A DNA stretch of 64,000 bases, from sequence record NC_048638.1, one strand, 5' to 3'. Below the pieces are notes generated by a model. The model made no database searches, was not told the DNA's origin, and saw nothing but the letters and a program-made list of their open reading frames with translations. The DNA comes from Pseudomonas phage ZC03. Position 1 is the first letter of the stretch. Every line of letters begins with the position of its first letter. The translations under genes were made by a program, and so were the position numbers. Positions 10,701 to 21,618 of the stretch are shown one piece after another.

Positions 10701-13700
10701 ATATGAGAAGCAAGCCTATACAGGTTAGATTTAACTTCTGGATTCACTTTGGTAGAGACAGTGAATATCTCTCTCAGCTGGTTGAATGCCTTCTCCTGAT
10801 TAGCATCCATGTAGAAGCCGTTAGCTTTAAAAATGTCAGCAGAATCGACAGAATCTAAAGCTCTCTTCAGAGTCAGGTCTTTGTCTACCTCTCTTAGTTG
10901 AGCCTCTGCCTGGTTCACAACATCCATGAATTCCCTATACAGTGGCTGGCTCATGCCAATACCGTTGGGATCAAACATATCCAGAGACGGCTCAGAACCT
11001 TCTGTAACCTCATTCAAACTACGAACTGCATCTCTAGCCAGCACATCCATGCTGTAAGCCATACGCATAAACAGGCTATCTACTTTGTCATCCTGCTTCA
11101 GGCCAAAGGTGTTTCTAAACAGATTCAGTACAGCCTCTCCAAGCTTTCTCAGCTTAGATTTAGGCGGTCTGCTCATAGCATCGGCAGCCAGAGTAGGATT
11201 AGTCAGCCAAATAGCCAGCATCTCATTGATCATAGAACCAGTGGCCGCTCTGGCACCCCAAACCGCTCTTGTCCTATTACCTGCTCGAACCATGTGAGTA
11301 ATGGCCATATTCCAGACAGGAGACAGGATGGCATTAGGATCATTGATAAGCTCATTCATAATGGCTTCAAGATCTGCAAATGCTCTTTCCACAGCAGGTC
11401 TCATTTTCTTCCCACGAATGTATTTATCGTGGATGGTCTGAGTAATGACACCGTGGATCATTTCATGGAGAGCAGCAGTACTAGAGTTATTAGTCAAAAT
11501 AACTCTATTAGTTTCAGGGCTGAAATGCGGGCCATAAGCCTTAGGATCGACAACTATTTCGACCTCAAGAGCCTCAAGCATCCTAACTACCCTGTTAGCT
11601 ACGTTGCTTCTAAAGTCTCCTTGTGGGAAGGATCTAGCCAGAAGCTCTCTGAATCCTGCGTAGTCAGTCAGGGTCATAGAACCATCAGCATTTTTTTGCC
11701 AATGCCGAGTGTTCATTCTGAAGAGATATTCTTTACCCCCTGCAAATGCGTCTTCTTTTGCTTTTTTGCTCTCAGCTTGAAGAGCCTGAGAGATTTCATT
11801 GAAGTCTTTAGAGTCCAGTGAAATACCGTCATTGACAGCAGGCTGACCTACACCAGCCATCTGGTCTACAGAGAATTTGAATTTCTTCAGGGTATCCAGG
11901 TTCTCTGTGACTCTGTTAGCCAACAGCTTGATGCTTGCAGTAGAGAATATGCTACCGATACCTTCCGGATGCTCCAGATAGATATCATCGTATTTCTTCT
12001 TCACACTCTGAAGATGCTCTACATCCTCAAATACCCTCATGAAAGGATGGATGGCTTTCCATACTTCAAGCTCTGCATCGGTCTTAATCAGCTTCTGAAG
12101 ATCCTGAATACTTCTGGCAACTCTTGGAACCAGAATAATAGGCTCATCGAATGTTTTATCTGCAAAGTCGCTGAGTTTTACAGACTCATCCTGAGCCAGA
12201 CCAGGAATAGCATTCTTGAGACCTCTCAGAACAATGGACTCTGCTACATCTTTGTTGCCAATACGCTCAGTAAGGGTATCTACCAGTGCTTTAATCTCTT
12301 CACCATTCTGAACAGACACCGAAGAATCAGGACCAATCTCAAATCCTAATTCTTCAAGCATTGGATACATCCCCTTCTCGATCTGGTTCGACAGACCTTG
12401 AACAGGATTCTGCATAATGCTGTGCAGTACAGATTCGTTAGCCAGCTTACTGCCTGTCTCGAATTCGTTAACCCCAAGGTTGATACCGTCGAATATAGCT
12501 AACGGAGTGGTTACACCTTGTTCTAAAGCCCTGTTGAAGAATTCAACAATAGTAGCCCCATCACCTCTAGAGATAACGAAACGAGGGATACCCCCTACAC
12601 CAATATTGGTCAGGTTCTTATAGGAAGATTCCATGTGGTGTAGACCACTACCTCTGATTGTATCCAGAGGAATTTCTAGACCAGGAATTGCACCCTCTTG
12701 GGTAATCAGAGAGAACAGAGAATCCCCAATAGTGTCTGTAATCCCAAATGCTTTCAGCTTATCAATGATCCCCTGAATATCCTTTCTGCTTAGACCTACA
12801 GTAGGATCAAAGTCAGGATTAGAAATCAGCTGAGATACCTCTTTCTGGAATACAGCTGCTAACAGGTCACTAAAGGCACTGGTGCTTCTCTGTATAACCT
12901 CAGTGCCTTGCAGTGTAGAACCAGCAAGACTTTGCAGAGAAGTTACCAGAGGGTCTACCAGAGTAGGTTTCAGGTTTGTCTGAAGGTTTTCAAGTTGTTC
13001 TTTTGTCAGCCTCAGGTTTACTAGAGATTCCTTATTGGTATTGAATCTCCCCAGCAGGTTTAGTCTGGTTCCAGTATTAGTGCTGTAGTAGGGCACCCCC
13101 TCCTTCATACCAATTCGACCATTAACCAAGTAGTCAAAGGCATTCAGAAGGTTTTTTAGTGCTTCTACTTTCTGCTCTGTGGACAGATCACCTTTAATTA
13201 CAGATTCAGCAAACTCGTTGATATTGCTGCTCTGAAGTGCGGCTGTAGCAATCTCATAGATTCCATGCGCCACTTCATTTGCAAACTTGGAAGCAATACC
13301 TGTCAAACCTGAACCATAGAAGGTAACAGTCACAGGGTTCTTACCCACATTACGGGCAATCTCAATCTGCCCATCTGCGTTGATTACAGGGGAAGACAGG
13401 CCATGTTTAAAGAGATCTCTAATGCTCCTAATTGCTTGTTTTACTTGATTATTCCCACCTTCGTGGAAGAACCTCAAAGCCTTTTCTACAAGTACGTTAG
13501 CTTCCTGAGTAACAGCAGTATAGTTATCAGGTCTGGAGGCATTTGGATCAGCTATCTGCCCGCTACGGTAATCGTTAGAGGTCTCCTCTCTGCCGATGTA
13601 CAGCCCCCCATTAGAAGTGAATCTTACCCAGTCAGGGCTGAATTGCTGGATACCCAGAATCATCCCAGCCATGAATGGACCGTTGGTAATACCGTCAGCC

Positions 13701-16700
13701 TCTACATACGCATGAGTAGTGAAGTTACTGGTGTTGTTGCCTGCAAGAATATCCCCAATCTCAACCAGAGTCTGAACAGCAAGCTCAGTGAAGTCCCCAC
13801 CAAGTTTTTCCTTGGTTCTGTCAATGAGATTTGACAGGTCTGTCTCAGTTGCCTGAGAAGCAGCCGCAGCCCACTCACCAGCAATTTCCCTCATTTCAGA
13901 GTCCAGAATCTTATTCAGATCTTGATGGATCTGTTCCATAGTTCTGTTCTGGATACTGACTCCAAGTGCCTGTGCGTAGGCAATGGTGAGGAATCTATTA
14001 ACGTTTGAGGCATCAGCCATAGAACCAGAAGCCAGATGCTCTATAAAGCCTGAGGCATCTATGGTGGTTCCATGTGGGGACATTACAGCTCTGATGATTT
14101 TATCAGCCTGAGGGTTATACCCCCCTTCCATCATCAGACGTGTAACACTGCTGTATGCGTGAGAGTAGTAAACAGGAGTCTCTGTCAGATTACCGCCCTG
14201 AGCAGTAATCTCATTCTCCAAGCTATAAAGCTCTTGTAGCGAGTTCAGTACTTGAATGTTCTTACCGTTCTTGGATTCTCTATCCAAGCGAGACATTGGA
14301 ACATTGTCATCCAACGCATCTGGGTTACCAAAAGCTCTCAGCATTCCTACTCTGCCAAGTACTCTGGTAAACAGGTTGAATGTTTTCGGGTTAGCTCTGA
14401 AGGCTACATTGTTAGCTACTTCCAGTGCATCCTGTTGTTTCTTGGTAAGCCTGTTGCCTTGCTTATCAGTAGTTTTCTTTGGAGGAACAGTATTTACATA
14501 TCTAACCCGTTCAGGCTCTACAAGAGTAGATCTGTTCCCGAGGTCACCTGCCTGCATAAGGTTAGATAACTGGCTACCCTCTTCTGGTGTTGAAACAGGA
14601 ATCAGAATAGGGAATGTGACACCGTTATCGTTGGTTACACGAATGCTTACAAAGCTCAAAGGAGATGCTGAGGATTCGCCCATATTCTCCATTAAGGTGC
14701 CAATCAGGTTCTGCATTGGGGAGTTAATATCACCGTCCCCAGCAGTGCTTTTCCCCCTCATGCCAAGCATGGCATTGGCAATAGACGAGACATTGGCTAC
14801 TGCACGTCTGAATGTGCTGTACCCCATAGTAGACAACTGCTCTACGGTAAGACTGCCTTGCTCCCCATCGAATTCATAGGTCAGTGCATTGGATTCAGTT
14901 GCACCCAAAGCCTTAGCAATTTCATTTGGCTCTTGGTAGGTTTCAGCATAGTTTCTGAAATTACCAATGTAGTCAGTCAATGCTAAGGCAGCAGCATTCA
15001 TTACTCTATTATCCAGAGTGAATCTGTTTGTTTCTGGATCATAGGACATGAGATCCAGCATTCTGTGGGTTCTGTTACGGGCCAGAATATCTGCCTTGAA
15101 CTGGTTCATGGCACGATTTACAGAAGCCTCATCCATGCCTTGAGCCAGCACAGATTTGATAGCAGCTTCTGCCCTTCTTCTGCCTTGCTCTCGTCCAGCA
15201 GCAGTATTCTTGGCTGGCTTAGGCATGTTCTGGTTCATCCATTCACGGATATCTTGTTTACCGATATAAGGACGAATCAGATTTTCCAGAATCTTCAGTT
15301 TGGAAGGTGAGGAGTCCAGGTTGTAAAGCAGCTGGCCATCCATAGCAGTATGGATGTTATGCAGCAGAGAACCGGGGGTAGGATTACCTACCTCATCGTA
15401 TGCACCCAACATTTCAGAGATTCTGGTTCTCTGTTGAACCAGATAATCTCCATAGGTTTTGGTAGGTGCATCAGTAGCTTCTCTAAATCTACGAACCAGA
15501 GAATTCATGAAGTTCTCTGTGTAGATTCTGGTTTTATCTGCTGCAATGTTTACTGCTTTGGCAATCTTGGTATTCCCAAAGATTCTCTCAGCCACTGTCT
15601 TACTTTGAGACTCAGCAGTTGGCTGGGACTCTGTTTCAGCAGTAGTTTCAGGTTGTTGAGCAGTTTCCTGTGTTTGAGGTGCAGCTGTTTCATTAACTGG
15701 CGCAGAAGCCTCTGTGCTGCTATCAGGAGACGTTGGAGGGGTTGACCTGTTCAGGTATGCGTTAATACGCTGCTCAAGCAGAGCAAGCTCACCAGGGCTG
15801 ATGCTACCATCATAAAGCTTGGTAACTACAGCACCCATGTTTGAGATCAGTCTTTCGCTGCTCTCAAGGTCTAGCTGTTCAAATTTGGCTTTAACTCTCT
15901 CAACTGCTTCAGATGGTTCTGGTGTAGCAGGGGCAGGAACAGCCTCGGGTTCAGGCTGCGAAGCAGGCTCTGGTCTGTTAAGTACATCAACTACTTCAGC
16001 AATATGAGCAGCTAGTTCATCGCTTCTGAATGCTTCAGGAATAGTTCTCAGAGTGCTCAGATATGCTCTCTGCTCTGGACGAGACATTGCTTCAACTTGC
16101 TCAATAGGCTGAATGCTGTCCATAACAGCTTTTTCTCTACGAGCAATTTCATCCCTCAAAACATTGAAGTCAGATTCCTGATTGAAGTTTCTGTTTGCTG
16201 TTGCTTCCAGATTCTGGAACTGTCTGTACACATCAGACGAAGACATCTGCTGTACAGACTCTGGAGTCATTCTAGATACAACTCTTGGTTTTCTTGGTTC
16301 AGTAACCTTTTCCTGTGAGGTGCGGGTATCAGCTTCACTGGAACCAGTGAACACAGTATTCACTGTTTCCGGTGGGGTAATGGGATTACCTAAACCCTTA
16401 TACGCATCAACCAGCCGGTTGTATACGTCAGTCATGAAGGCAAGCTCTTGAGCTACAGCACGTCTTAAATTCTGTGCTTTACCCTTCACCTCAATAGTAG
16501 TGTTTACACCTTTGTTCAGGGCTTTGTTGTAGGTACGATAAGTAGCTTTGTTGCTACCTTCTGCTACTGCCTTTTCCAGTGCATTTAGCTTGTTGGTGTG
16601 AGATGCAATAAATCTTCTCAGAGTACCCATCTGCGCTTTAGCATCAGAAGTTCTACCTGCTCTCATGGAGTCCATGACGGAGGTAGCATGACCTAAGACA

Positions 16701-18634
16701 GATTTACCTTTAGAACCTTCACCATACTCAGACAACACTTCTCTGCCAACCACATCAATTGGCTGGTTCATGCCTGCGTCTGCTCTCTGCTGATCAAGCT
16801 CTCTTTGCTTATTCAGGGAGTCACGAATGAACTTCAGCTTTGCTCTATCCGAGTCACTGAAGTCAGGCAGCATTTCCAGTGCAGCTTCTACATCTTCTCG
16901 TGTAAGAGATTCAGGAGCCAATGCCAGCTTATCTGATACTGTCTTGGTTCCCTCTTTTGTGAGCTTTCCTGATTCATCTTTCTGGACTTCACGGGAAGCT
17001 ACAAGCTCAGTAGCTTTTTGAACAGCAGCCTCTAAGTTCTTGTTATCGTTAAGAATCTGATCTCTGTTTTTAATGGCTGCCTGAATGATTCTTGCTTGGT
17101 CTGCATCTTCAATCTGGTTCGGATCACCAAGCTCATTTGTAGCAGCATCCAGATCAGCAGAGTACTCCTGAAGTACTTTGCCAATCTCAATGGTTTCTTC
17201 TGGTGTAGCCTTGCCTGAAGCTACGTGCTCGTAAAGAGAAACAATCTGCCTGATTCTGCTTTGCTCAGCACCTGCAATCTCTCTGAGGCTTTCTGGAAGT
17301 TCTTTGCCTCCACCAGTGTTGTAAAGCTCCTGTACGTTTCTTAACTTGGAGACAATATCATTTTCAGCCTCAGGTACGTTTTCACCTTTAGCTGCCGGTA
17401 GAGCAATATTACTGATTTCCTGTGTCAGCCCCTCGGAATCTGAGATCAGTTTTTTTGAGCCAGTGTTATCAGATTCCCCTGCGAGGGTATTTGCTATACC
17501 TGTAAGAACAGTGCCTGGGGATGCAGCAGCTACACCACCAATAGACCCAATAACAGCGCCTGGGATGTTCTCACCTACACCTGCCAGCCTGTCTCTAGAC
17601 TTATCGAAGGTTTCTTGAATACCTACGTTAGCACCAATAGTGCTACCAGTATCACCTGTGACTTCAGCAGCTGTTTCACCTACAGTAGCTTTTGTCAGGT
17701 TTTTGGGAATTGCTGTAATACCACCAATTTGTCTGGCTGTTTTCAGTACGCCAGACATTCTCAGCAGCAGTCTCTCCCCAAACAGCTCTATCAGAGTGCC
17801 ACCAAGGTTTTCCCAAGATAGGACACTCTTTGTTCTAGCTTCATTGAATACTGCACGTCTAGCTTCTTCTTCGCTACCTGTTTCTTTAAAAGCTTTCTGG
17901 TAGACAGGAGAAGAATCCATTAGATCTTCGTGGGTGTATTTAAATACCCCAGGAGATTCTTCTGAATACAGTTCAGACAGAACAGTATCAACGGGAGCAG
18001 CCAAGCTGGATGCACCCATAGCAGTCCATGCAGCAGCAGCACCAACAGGACCACCAAAGGCAGACATACCAATAAGGAACCCAACGGAACCAGCACCAGC
18101 AGACATATAAGCTTCGGCTGTGCCAGCGTTCATGGATTTAAAGCTGTTCTTGGCAATAAGAACTTGACCATCAAAACTAGAAATTCTGCCCTCCATGACA
18201 GCATTTTCGATGGTCTTGTTATATAGAGCAGTCTCTCTATTGTAGTACTCCATCTGGTTCCTTGCTTGAGGCGATTTAGCATTCTCAAGCATTTCCAGTG
18301 GAGCACGCAGAGCGTTAATTGCTTCAGGGTTCAGGAAGAGGTTTAAACCACCAGTAACGGTCCCATAAACACCTGAAGCAACCCCAGCAGTAACATCCCC
18401 AACAGCTCTCGCATTAGATCTTTCAGAGATTAAGTTGGAGGCTTGCTCAATAGCTCCCTGAGTTCTTTTAGCGAACTCTTCAACATCGTAGTTGGTTTCT
18501 CGTTCTCTACGGGCAGCATCGAAGCTTTCAAGAATATCTCTAGCGTTCTTCTGTGCTGGTCTTGGATCTGGGGTACTGTTATTAGAAATTGTAGATGTAC
18601 CCACTTGCTCTAGGTATTTCAGAAGATCGTTCAT
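7700..18634 (-). CDS. virion-encapsidated giant RNA polymerase (N4 gp50-like vRNAP)
   Basis: Single 3,644-aa ORF. Its size matches the ~3,500-aa N4 vRNAP and it sits at the distal end of the leftward late operon. Split RNAPII and gp24/gp25-like genes co-occur elsewhere in the window. Confidence 0.8.
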   Translation of the reverse strand: MNDLLKYLEQVGTSTISNNSTPDPRPAQKNARDILESFDAARRERETNYDVEEFAKRTQGAIEQASNLISERSNARAVGDVTAGVASGVYGTVTGGLNLFLNPEAINALRAPLEMLENAKSPQARNQMEYYNRETALYNKTIENAVMEGRISSFDGQVLIAKNSFKSMNAGTAEAYMSAGAGSVGFLIGMSAFGGPVGAAAAWTAMGASSLAAPVDTVLSELYSEESPGVFKYTHEDLMDSSPVYQKAFKETGSEEEARRAVFNEARTKSVLSWENLGGTLIELFGERLLLRMSGVLKTARQIGGITAIPKNLTKATVGETAAEVTGDTGSTIGANVGIQETFDKSRDRLAGVGENIPGAVIGSIGGVAAASPGTVLTGIANTLAGESDNTGSKKLISDSEGLTQEISNIALPAAKGENVPEAENDIVSKLRNVQELYNTGGGKELPESLREIAGAEQSRIRQIVSLYEHVASGKATPEETIEIGKVLQEYSADLDAATNELGDPNQIEDADQARIIQAAIKNRDQILNDNKNLEAAVQKATELVASREVQKDESGKLTKEGTKTVSDKLALAPESLTREDVEAALEMLPDFSDSDRAKLKFIRDSLNKQRELDQQRADAGMNQPIDVVGREVLSEYGEGSKGKSVLGHATSVMDSMRAGRTSDAKAQMGTLRRFIASHTNKLNALEKAVAEGSNKATYRTYNKALNKGVNTTIEVKGKAQNLRRAVAQELAFMTDVYNRLVDAYKGLGNPITPPETVNTVFTGSSEADTRTSQEKVTEPRKPRVVSRMTPESVQQMSSSDVYRQFQNLEATANRNFNQESDFNVLRDEIARREKAVMDSIQPIEQVEAMSRPEQRAYLSTLRTIPEAFRSDELAAHIAEVVDVLNRPEPASQPEPEAVPAPATPEPSEAVERVKAKFEQLDLESSERLISNMGAVVTKLYDGSISPGELALLEQRINAYLNRSTPPTSPDSSTEASAPVNETAAPQTQETAQQPETTAETESQPTAESQSKTVAERIFGNTKIAKAVNIAADKTRIYTENFMNSLVRRFREATDAPTKTYGDYLVQQRTRISEMLGAYDEVGNPTPGSLLHNIHTAMDGQLLYNLDSSPSKLKILENLIRPYIGKQDIREWMNQNMPKPAKNTAAGREQGRRRAEAAIKSVLAQGMDEASVNRAMNQFKADILARNRTHRMLDLMSYDPETNRFTLDNRVMNAAALALTDYIGNFRNYAETYQEPNEIAKALGATESNALTYEFDGEQGSLTVEQLSTMGYSTFRRAVANVSSIANAMLGMRGKSTAGDGDINSPMQNLIGTLMENMGESSASPLSFVSIRVTNDNGVTFPILIPVSTPEEGSQLSNLMQAGDLGNRSTLVEPERVRYVNTVPPKKTTDKQGNRLTKKQQDALEVANNVAFRANPKTFNLFTRVLGRVGMLRAFGNPDALDDNVPMSRLDRESKNGKNIQVLNSLQELYSLENEITAQGGNLTETPVYYSHAYSSVTRLMMEGGYNPQADKIIRAVMSPHGTTIDASGFIEHLASGSMADASNVNRFLTIAYAQALGVSIQNRTMEQIHQDLNKILDSEMREIAGEWAAAASQATETDLSNLIDRTKEKLGGDFTELAVQTLVEIGDILAGNNTSNFTTHAYVEADGITNGPFMAGMILGIQQFSPDWVRFTSNGGLYIGREETSNDYRSGQIADPNASRPDNYTAVTQEANVLVEKALRFFHEGGNNQVKQAIRSIRDLFKHGLSSPVINADGQIEIARNVGKNPVTVTFYGSGLTGIASKFANEVAHGIYEIATAALQSSNINEFAESVIKGDLSTEQKVEALKNLLNAFDYLVNGRIGMKEGVPYYSTNTGTRLNLLGRFNTNKESLVNLRLTKEQLENLQTNLKPTLVDPLVTSLQSLAGSTLQGTEVIQRSTSAFSDLLAAVFQKEVSQLISNPDFDPTVGLSRKDIQGIIDKLKAFGITDTIGDSLFSLITQEGAIPGLEIPLDTIRGSGLHHMESSYKNLTNIGVGGIPRFVISRGDGATIVEFFNRALEQGVTTPLAIFDGINLGVNEFETGSKLANESVLHSIMQNPVQGLSNQIEKGMYPMLEELGFEIGPDSSVSVQNGEEIKALVDTLTERIGNKDVAESIVLRGLKNAIPGLAQDESVKLSDFADKTFDEPIILVPRVARSIQDLQKLIKTDAELEVWKAIHPFMRVFEDVEHLQSVKKKYDDIYLEHPEGIGSIFSTASIKLLANRVTENLDTLKKFKFSVDQMAGVGQPAVNDGISLDSKDFNEISQALQAESKKAKEDAFAGGKEYLFRMNTRHWQKNADGSMTLTDYAGFRELLARSFPQGDFRSNVANRVVRMLEALEVEIVVDPKAYGPHFSPETNRVILTNNSSTAALHEMIHGVITQTIHDKYIRGKKMRPAVERAFADLEAIMNELINDPNAILSPVWNMAITHMVRAGNRTRAVWGARAATGSMINEMLAIWLTNPTLAADAMSRPPKSKLRKLGEAVLNLFRNTFGLKQDDKVDSLFMRMAYSMDVLARDAVRSLNEVTEGSEPSLDMFDPNGIGMSQPLYREFMDVVNQAEAQLREVDKDLTLKRALDSVDSADIFKANGFYMDANQEKAFNQLREIFTVSTKVNPEVKSNLYRLASHILRNIKPEHFGDVSQPGSPSYHVAHNKHAAVTGSASGSREAMVVNLLALASVNPEMQEVLNQIGIPQAEKSSETESTWERVLGQAGYDAMNKLSNYLSGTRKGEVPTELLSRLMESVEKKPEGESNKIWTLPGQLIDQINDKTSDLLTDLGNYIGGTGQNLIRNSNSRAATISGGILGAVGAALSKDSAMGFAEQMNSVFNSMDNFNFLKDTMRDIIGRTDLNASVYDLIKVVRSHVQRLRQMYVEGVETNIKKRFKTTPSQEQMNSLQRTLAETDSAAIVGSLGLDKAIDILSDDNKVTRRIRQLENIINRNPDSAFLIEKSKQLAKYLTTGETGSMLLLNATHIAGKFGHEGSAESIEAVDANLVNVIDEYVSLLAFQDSDKETFRQLLQTEPEAVRYIMAILDGIRKDEMAKPGSYGKPIGIKGYIPSRSAGSIKIIRDDMAEQYINKGYVRVGDYEGTHYDNKNIKRGYYVNMLDEARPFAQGIIQNVVASHNGLTINDDPLSENLIPTGFDIETIENIIADGIQNTSKFGLVPIFDENGNVVNLVRAIDPAVAREKNSNNDFAANLGKWRGRQIEESTAEQINRVIVDELESAYNKDTKKGEYVDLLNLNTDDPVIKDALSILNKEAIRYSKDTYGRMMVRKELLNNVIGYRQAGVADIWNGISRLKPETRRQIQRALETMIGPKAFKYMVQGENALRGLVADAKQLIVVKSVVIPAVNGLSNILHMMARGVPLQSIVRGIPRKLAEIEQYSQGMKRIIEIESEILASSEPAQIRRLEAERSSILEHHRSLSIYPLIESGEFASIVSVQIDQESGDLNKGKIAEYLESKINQLPSGGRTLANNLLISKNTAIYQFLQKSVDYGDFIAKAIIFDDIVQRQKRSPQYALGRIKEEFINYDYLPGRVRGALEANGLLWFFNFKLRSLKIALSMIRENPITALMTVGAVPMSTPVGNLGLPLDDNILSQTFTGAVGYSIGPEMGINSAMLHPLSALIFK

Positions 18635-18647
18635 CGTGCCTGCCTAC

Positions 18648-21146
18648 TCAAAAACGGTTTTCGAACCAATGAATTAAATTGTTTGAACTTTTACTCGAAG
18701 CTCTAAGGTCAGCGGATGTGCCCCCAGTATTAGCACTGGTTTCTCCCTTTCCTTTTTGGTTGTTTTTCACGTCATTTTCAGCCCGCTGGCTAGATGCATT
18801 TGTAAACGCATCTTTAATAGCTTTTCGGATGCCAAGAATAGCATTAATTTCTTTCTGCATGTCTTGTTGGTGCTTGATGGTCATCCTATGAAGGTAGTCT
18901 TCTTTTTTTGCCTTCTGCTCTGTGGCGATTTCCAATGCCTTAATATCTGTAGCACTCATGCTTCTTGGGTCTTTGCCTTGATAATCGTATAGAGCATTAT
19001 CGAGTGCCTGAATTTCATTTTTTGTTTTTGTATAAATTTCTTGGAAACCTTCTGTGTATCTTTTTAAGTCATTTGCATGAGTCATTTGTTTTCTGATCTC
19101 ACTTTTGTGTGTTTCCCACACAGTCATCAGGTTTTCCAAGTTTTTCTCGAAGGCTGCCACATCCATAGAATCATTCCATGACCACATTTCTACTGGAGCA
19201 TATGACAGCACAACAGCAAGATCTTCAGCAGGAAGGTTACGAGCATCAGGGTTTTTATTAATAGCTTCGTAAACCTTGCTTAAGTTTTGAGGGGAAGTCT
19301 CAATACCTGTAACTTTAAGCATCTCCTTAAGCTTGGTAGCACTTAGTTTGCTTGCCCCACCAGCTCCCCCTCCAACTGAACCAGTTGCCTGAACAATAGG
19401 GGCAGCAAGAACGCTGGTATAAATATCGGCAGCGTAATTGAGGCCAGCATCAGGATTCGCAAATAGGTTCAGTTCAGAACTGGTTCCTAATTCCCGTGCA
19501 GTAACAGCTTCATCAATAGGAAGCTCGTTAGATCTAGGTAAGTTAGGGCTATTGCTATTTGCCCATGTTGCAGCCTCATCCTCTGAAATACCAGCAGTCT
19601 GACTTAATTGTCTAATAACGTCAGAATTTCCTCTCTCTGGTTCAAGCCCCATACGGTTTTTAATTTCAGAGGAAATTTCTTCTACTGTTTTCCATCTGTT
19701 TTCTTTGTTGTTGTAGTACAGCCCCTTATTTTTTTGGAAGGAGTCGAGACCTACATTTACTCCTGGAAGCTTATCAATGGGGACATTTCTGATATGGAAT
19801 TTATTTACCAGAGGGTTGTTGGGACCAAGGTTGTATGCAACATACAGTTGATCAATAGGGGCACTACCACCTAAGTACTTGTCCCTGATATGGGCAAGGT
19901 AGGCTACACCAGACAGAGCTGATACTCGTGGGTTAGATCTATCAGATGAATCAGTAAGGTTTCTTTCTTCAAAGACTCCTTTGTACTGCTTCATCATGTC
20001 TTCTGTAGTTTTAGTCGTAACCTGCATCAACCCTGCTACATTTGAAGGGCTAACAGCATTTGAATTGAATGCGGATTCTGCTCTTGTAACAGCAAGAACA
20101 GTATCCATAGGAACACCAAATGTTTCAGATGCTTCAGTTAAAGCATTACTGACCTCAGGGGAGAGTTTTTTTCCGTCTACCCAAACTACACCACCATCGT
20201 CGATCATGTAGTTAAATCGGAAATTCTCCCCGTTAGCATCAACCAGGCTGAATCTTTTTTGTTGAGCATCTAGATTGGCGAGGCTCTTGTTAAATTGGTT
20301 GTCAAGGGCTTCAAGTTGTTTTTCAAAATCTTCTCGTGTGATGACCCCGTAATCCAGATCCTGTTGAAGACTTTCTCTCTGGATCTGATATTCGGTATGC
20401 AGGTCATTTGAAAACTCTTTGAATACATCAGATTTGCGTGGAGCAGGTGAACTGCCTCCGGCTGAACCAGGTGTAGCTACAGTATCAGTAGACCCTCTTT
20501 GTGCTGAATCTGTATTAGTACCTGGGATATTACCTAGAGCAAATCTACCGAAGCTTCTCCGAGAGGAGAGGTTCTTAATTGCAAGTTCTTGTAGACCCAT
20601 TCGACGATTATGGAACTCAGCATCTAAGTCTTTTAGTAGCCCTTGCTTAACGTCATCTGGATCGGACCTTCTGTCAATTTCACCTTTCTTGTAGTTGTAC
20701 TCAAGATCTAACGCAGAGCTTAGTCTTGTAAACTCTGTTTGAACTTCCTTATCCCACCGAGTTTTTGCAGCAGTAGCATGTTTCCATGCGTCTTCACCGT
20801 ACTGCTGGATGAAGCCACTCAAGACAGAGTTCTGAGAGATATTGTCTAAAGTGCCCCCTTGCTCAAAGTGGTCGAAAAAGAGGTTCTCACCGAGAGCATA
20901 GTCGTACGGAGCAGACGTTTCTTTCTCTGATTCTTTTGATGCAGTTATTTTATCCTGAAGCAGAGAATTCCTAATTAAGTCATTGTATCCACCCAGGATG
21001 GCCTCTTCGTTTGCTCTTTCACTGTTCCTCAAGTCTTGGATAGCTTTTGCAGCACCACGAAAGCCTTCAATAGAAAGACCCATAGCACTTTGAGGGTTCA
21101 ATCCTTGGGCAGAGATTTGCTGCCATTCAAGCCTGTTAGCCATCAT
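18648..21146 (-). CDS. virion protein with lytic transglycosylase (SLT) domain
   Basis: 832 aa; SLT-like segment AVTRAESAFNSNAVSPSNVAGLMQVT; directly upstream of vRNAP on the same strand. Confidence 0.55.
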   Translation of the reverse strand: MMANRLEWQQISAQGLNPQSAMGLSIEGFRGAAKAIQDLRNSERANEEAILGGYNDLIRNSLLQDKITASKESEKETSAPYDYALGENLFFDHFEQGGTLDNISQNSVLSGFIQQYGEDAWKHATAAKTRWDKEVQTEFTRLSSALDLEYNYKKGEIDRRSDPDDVKQGLLKDLDAEFHNRRMGLQELAIKNLSSRRSFGRFALGNIPGTNTDSAQRGSTDTVATPGSAGGSSPAPRKSDVFKEFSNDLHTEYQIQRESLQQDLDYGVITREDFEKQLEALDNQFNKSLANLDAQQKRFSLVDANGENFRFNYMIDDGGVVWVDGKKLSPEVSNALTEASETFGVPMDTVLAVTRAESAFNSNAVSPSNVAGLMQVTTKTTEDMMKQYKGVFEERNLTDSSDRSNPRVSALSGVAYLAHIRDKYLGGSAPIDQLYVAYNLGPNNPLVNKFHIRNVPIDKLPGVNVGLDSFQKNKGLYYNNKENRWKTVEEISSEIKNRMGLEPERGNSDVIRQLSQTAGISEDEAATWANSNSPNLPRSNELPIDEAVTARELGTSSELNLFANPDAGLNYAADIYTSVLAAPIVQATGSVGGGAGGASKLSATKLKEMLKVTGIETSPQNLSKVYEAINKNPDARNLPAEDLAVVLSYAPVEMWSWNDSMDVAAFEKNLENLMTVWETHKSEIRKQMTHANDLKRYTEGFQEIYTKTKNEIQALDNALYDYQGKDPRSMSATDIKALEIATEQKAKKEDYLHRMTIKHQQDMQKEINAILGIRKAIKDAFTNASSQRAENDVKNNQKGKGETSANTGGTSADLRASSKSSNNLIHWFENRF

Positions 21147-21157
21147 TCAATCCTCAA

Positions 21158-21610
21158 TTAGTATCGTCTAGCCTTTCTTTCTTCAAACTGACGATCAGCA
21201 GATGCTTGATCTCTACCTTCCATCTTAGCTCGGCTATCCAGACGATCTCTTAAGGAGTTATTGTAGGATTGAATCTGGTTCATCATGTTAGTGTTGAGAA
21301 CAGATTTCTGAGTTCTCCACTGATCTTTTGCCAGCTTACTAGCCTGGTATCCTTGCCATAACTGAGCCAGAGAAGACAGGCCACCCATTACGTTATTGAA
21401 GGTGTTCAGGTTTAGACCAAACTGAGAATTCTGGTTAAGTCGAGATAGGTAGTTTCTTTGCTCGTTCATCAGACCAATAGTGGCAGCTTGCCACTCTGGA
21501 TTCTGCTCCAATCCAGGGACATAGGAACCACCAATAGGCGTAAATCCACCGCCTAGGCTATTAGGATTAATCCTGCCCACTAATTTAAAGAAGTCATCTT
21601 CGTTTTCCAT
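21158..21610 (-). CDS. hypothetical virion protein
   Basis: 150-aa ORF in the structural operon. Confidence 0.4.
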   Translation of the reverse strand: MENEDDFFKLVGRINPNSLGGGFTPIGGSYVPGLEQNPEWQAATIGLMNEQRNYLSRLNQNSQFGLNLNTFNNVMGGLSSLAQLWQGYQASKLAKDQWRTQKSVLNTNMMNQIQSYNNSLRDRLDSRAKMEGRDQASADRQFEERKARRY

Positions 21611-21618
21611 GTCTTACC

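Noticed and set aside
8793-18677. Many plus-strand ORFs of 60-300 aa (for example 10898..11821, 14256..14879) inside the vRNAP gene
   Set aside because: They lie antisense within a single uninterrupted 10.9-kb minus-strand ORF with a coherent protein sequence, and are unsupported by any motif. They are best explained as the expected spurious reading frames opposite a long gene.
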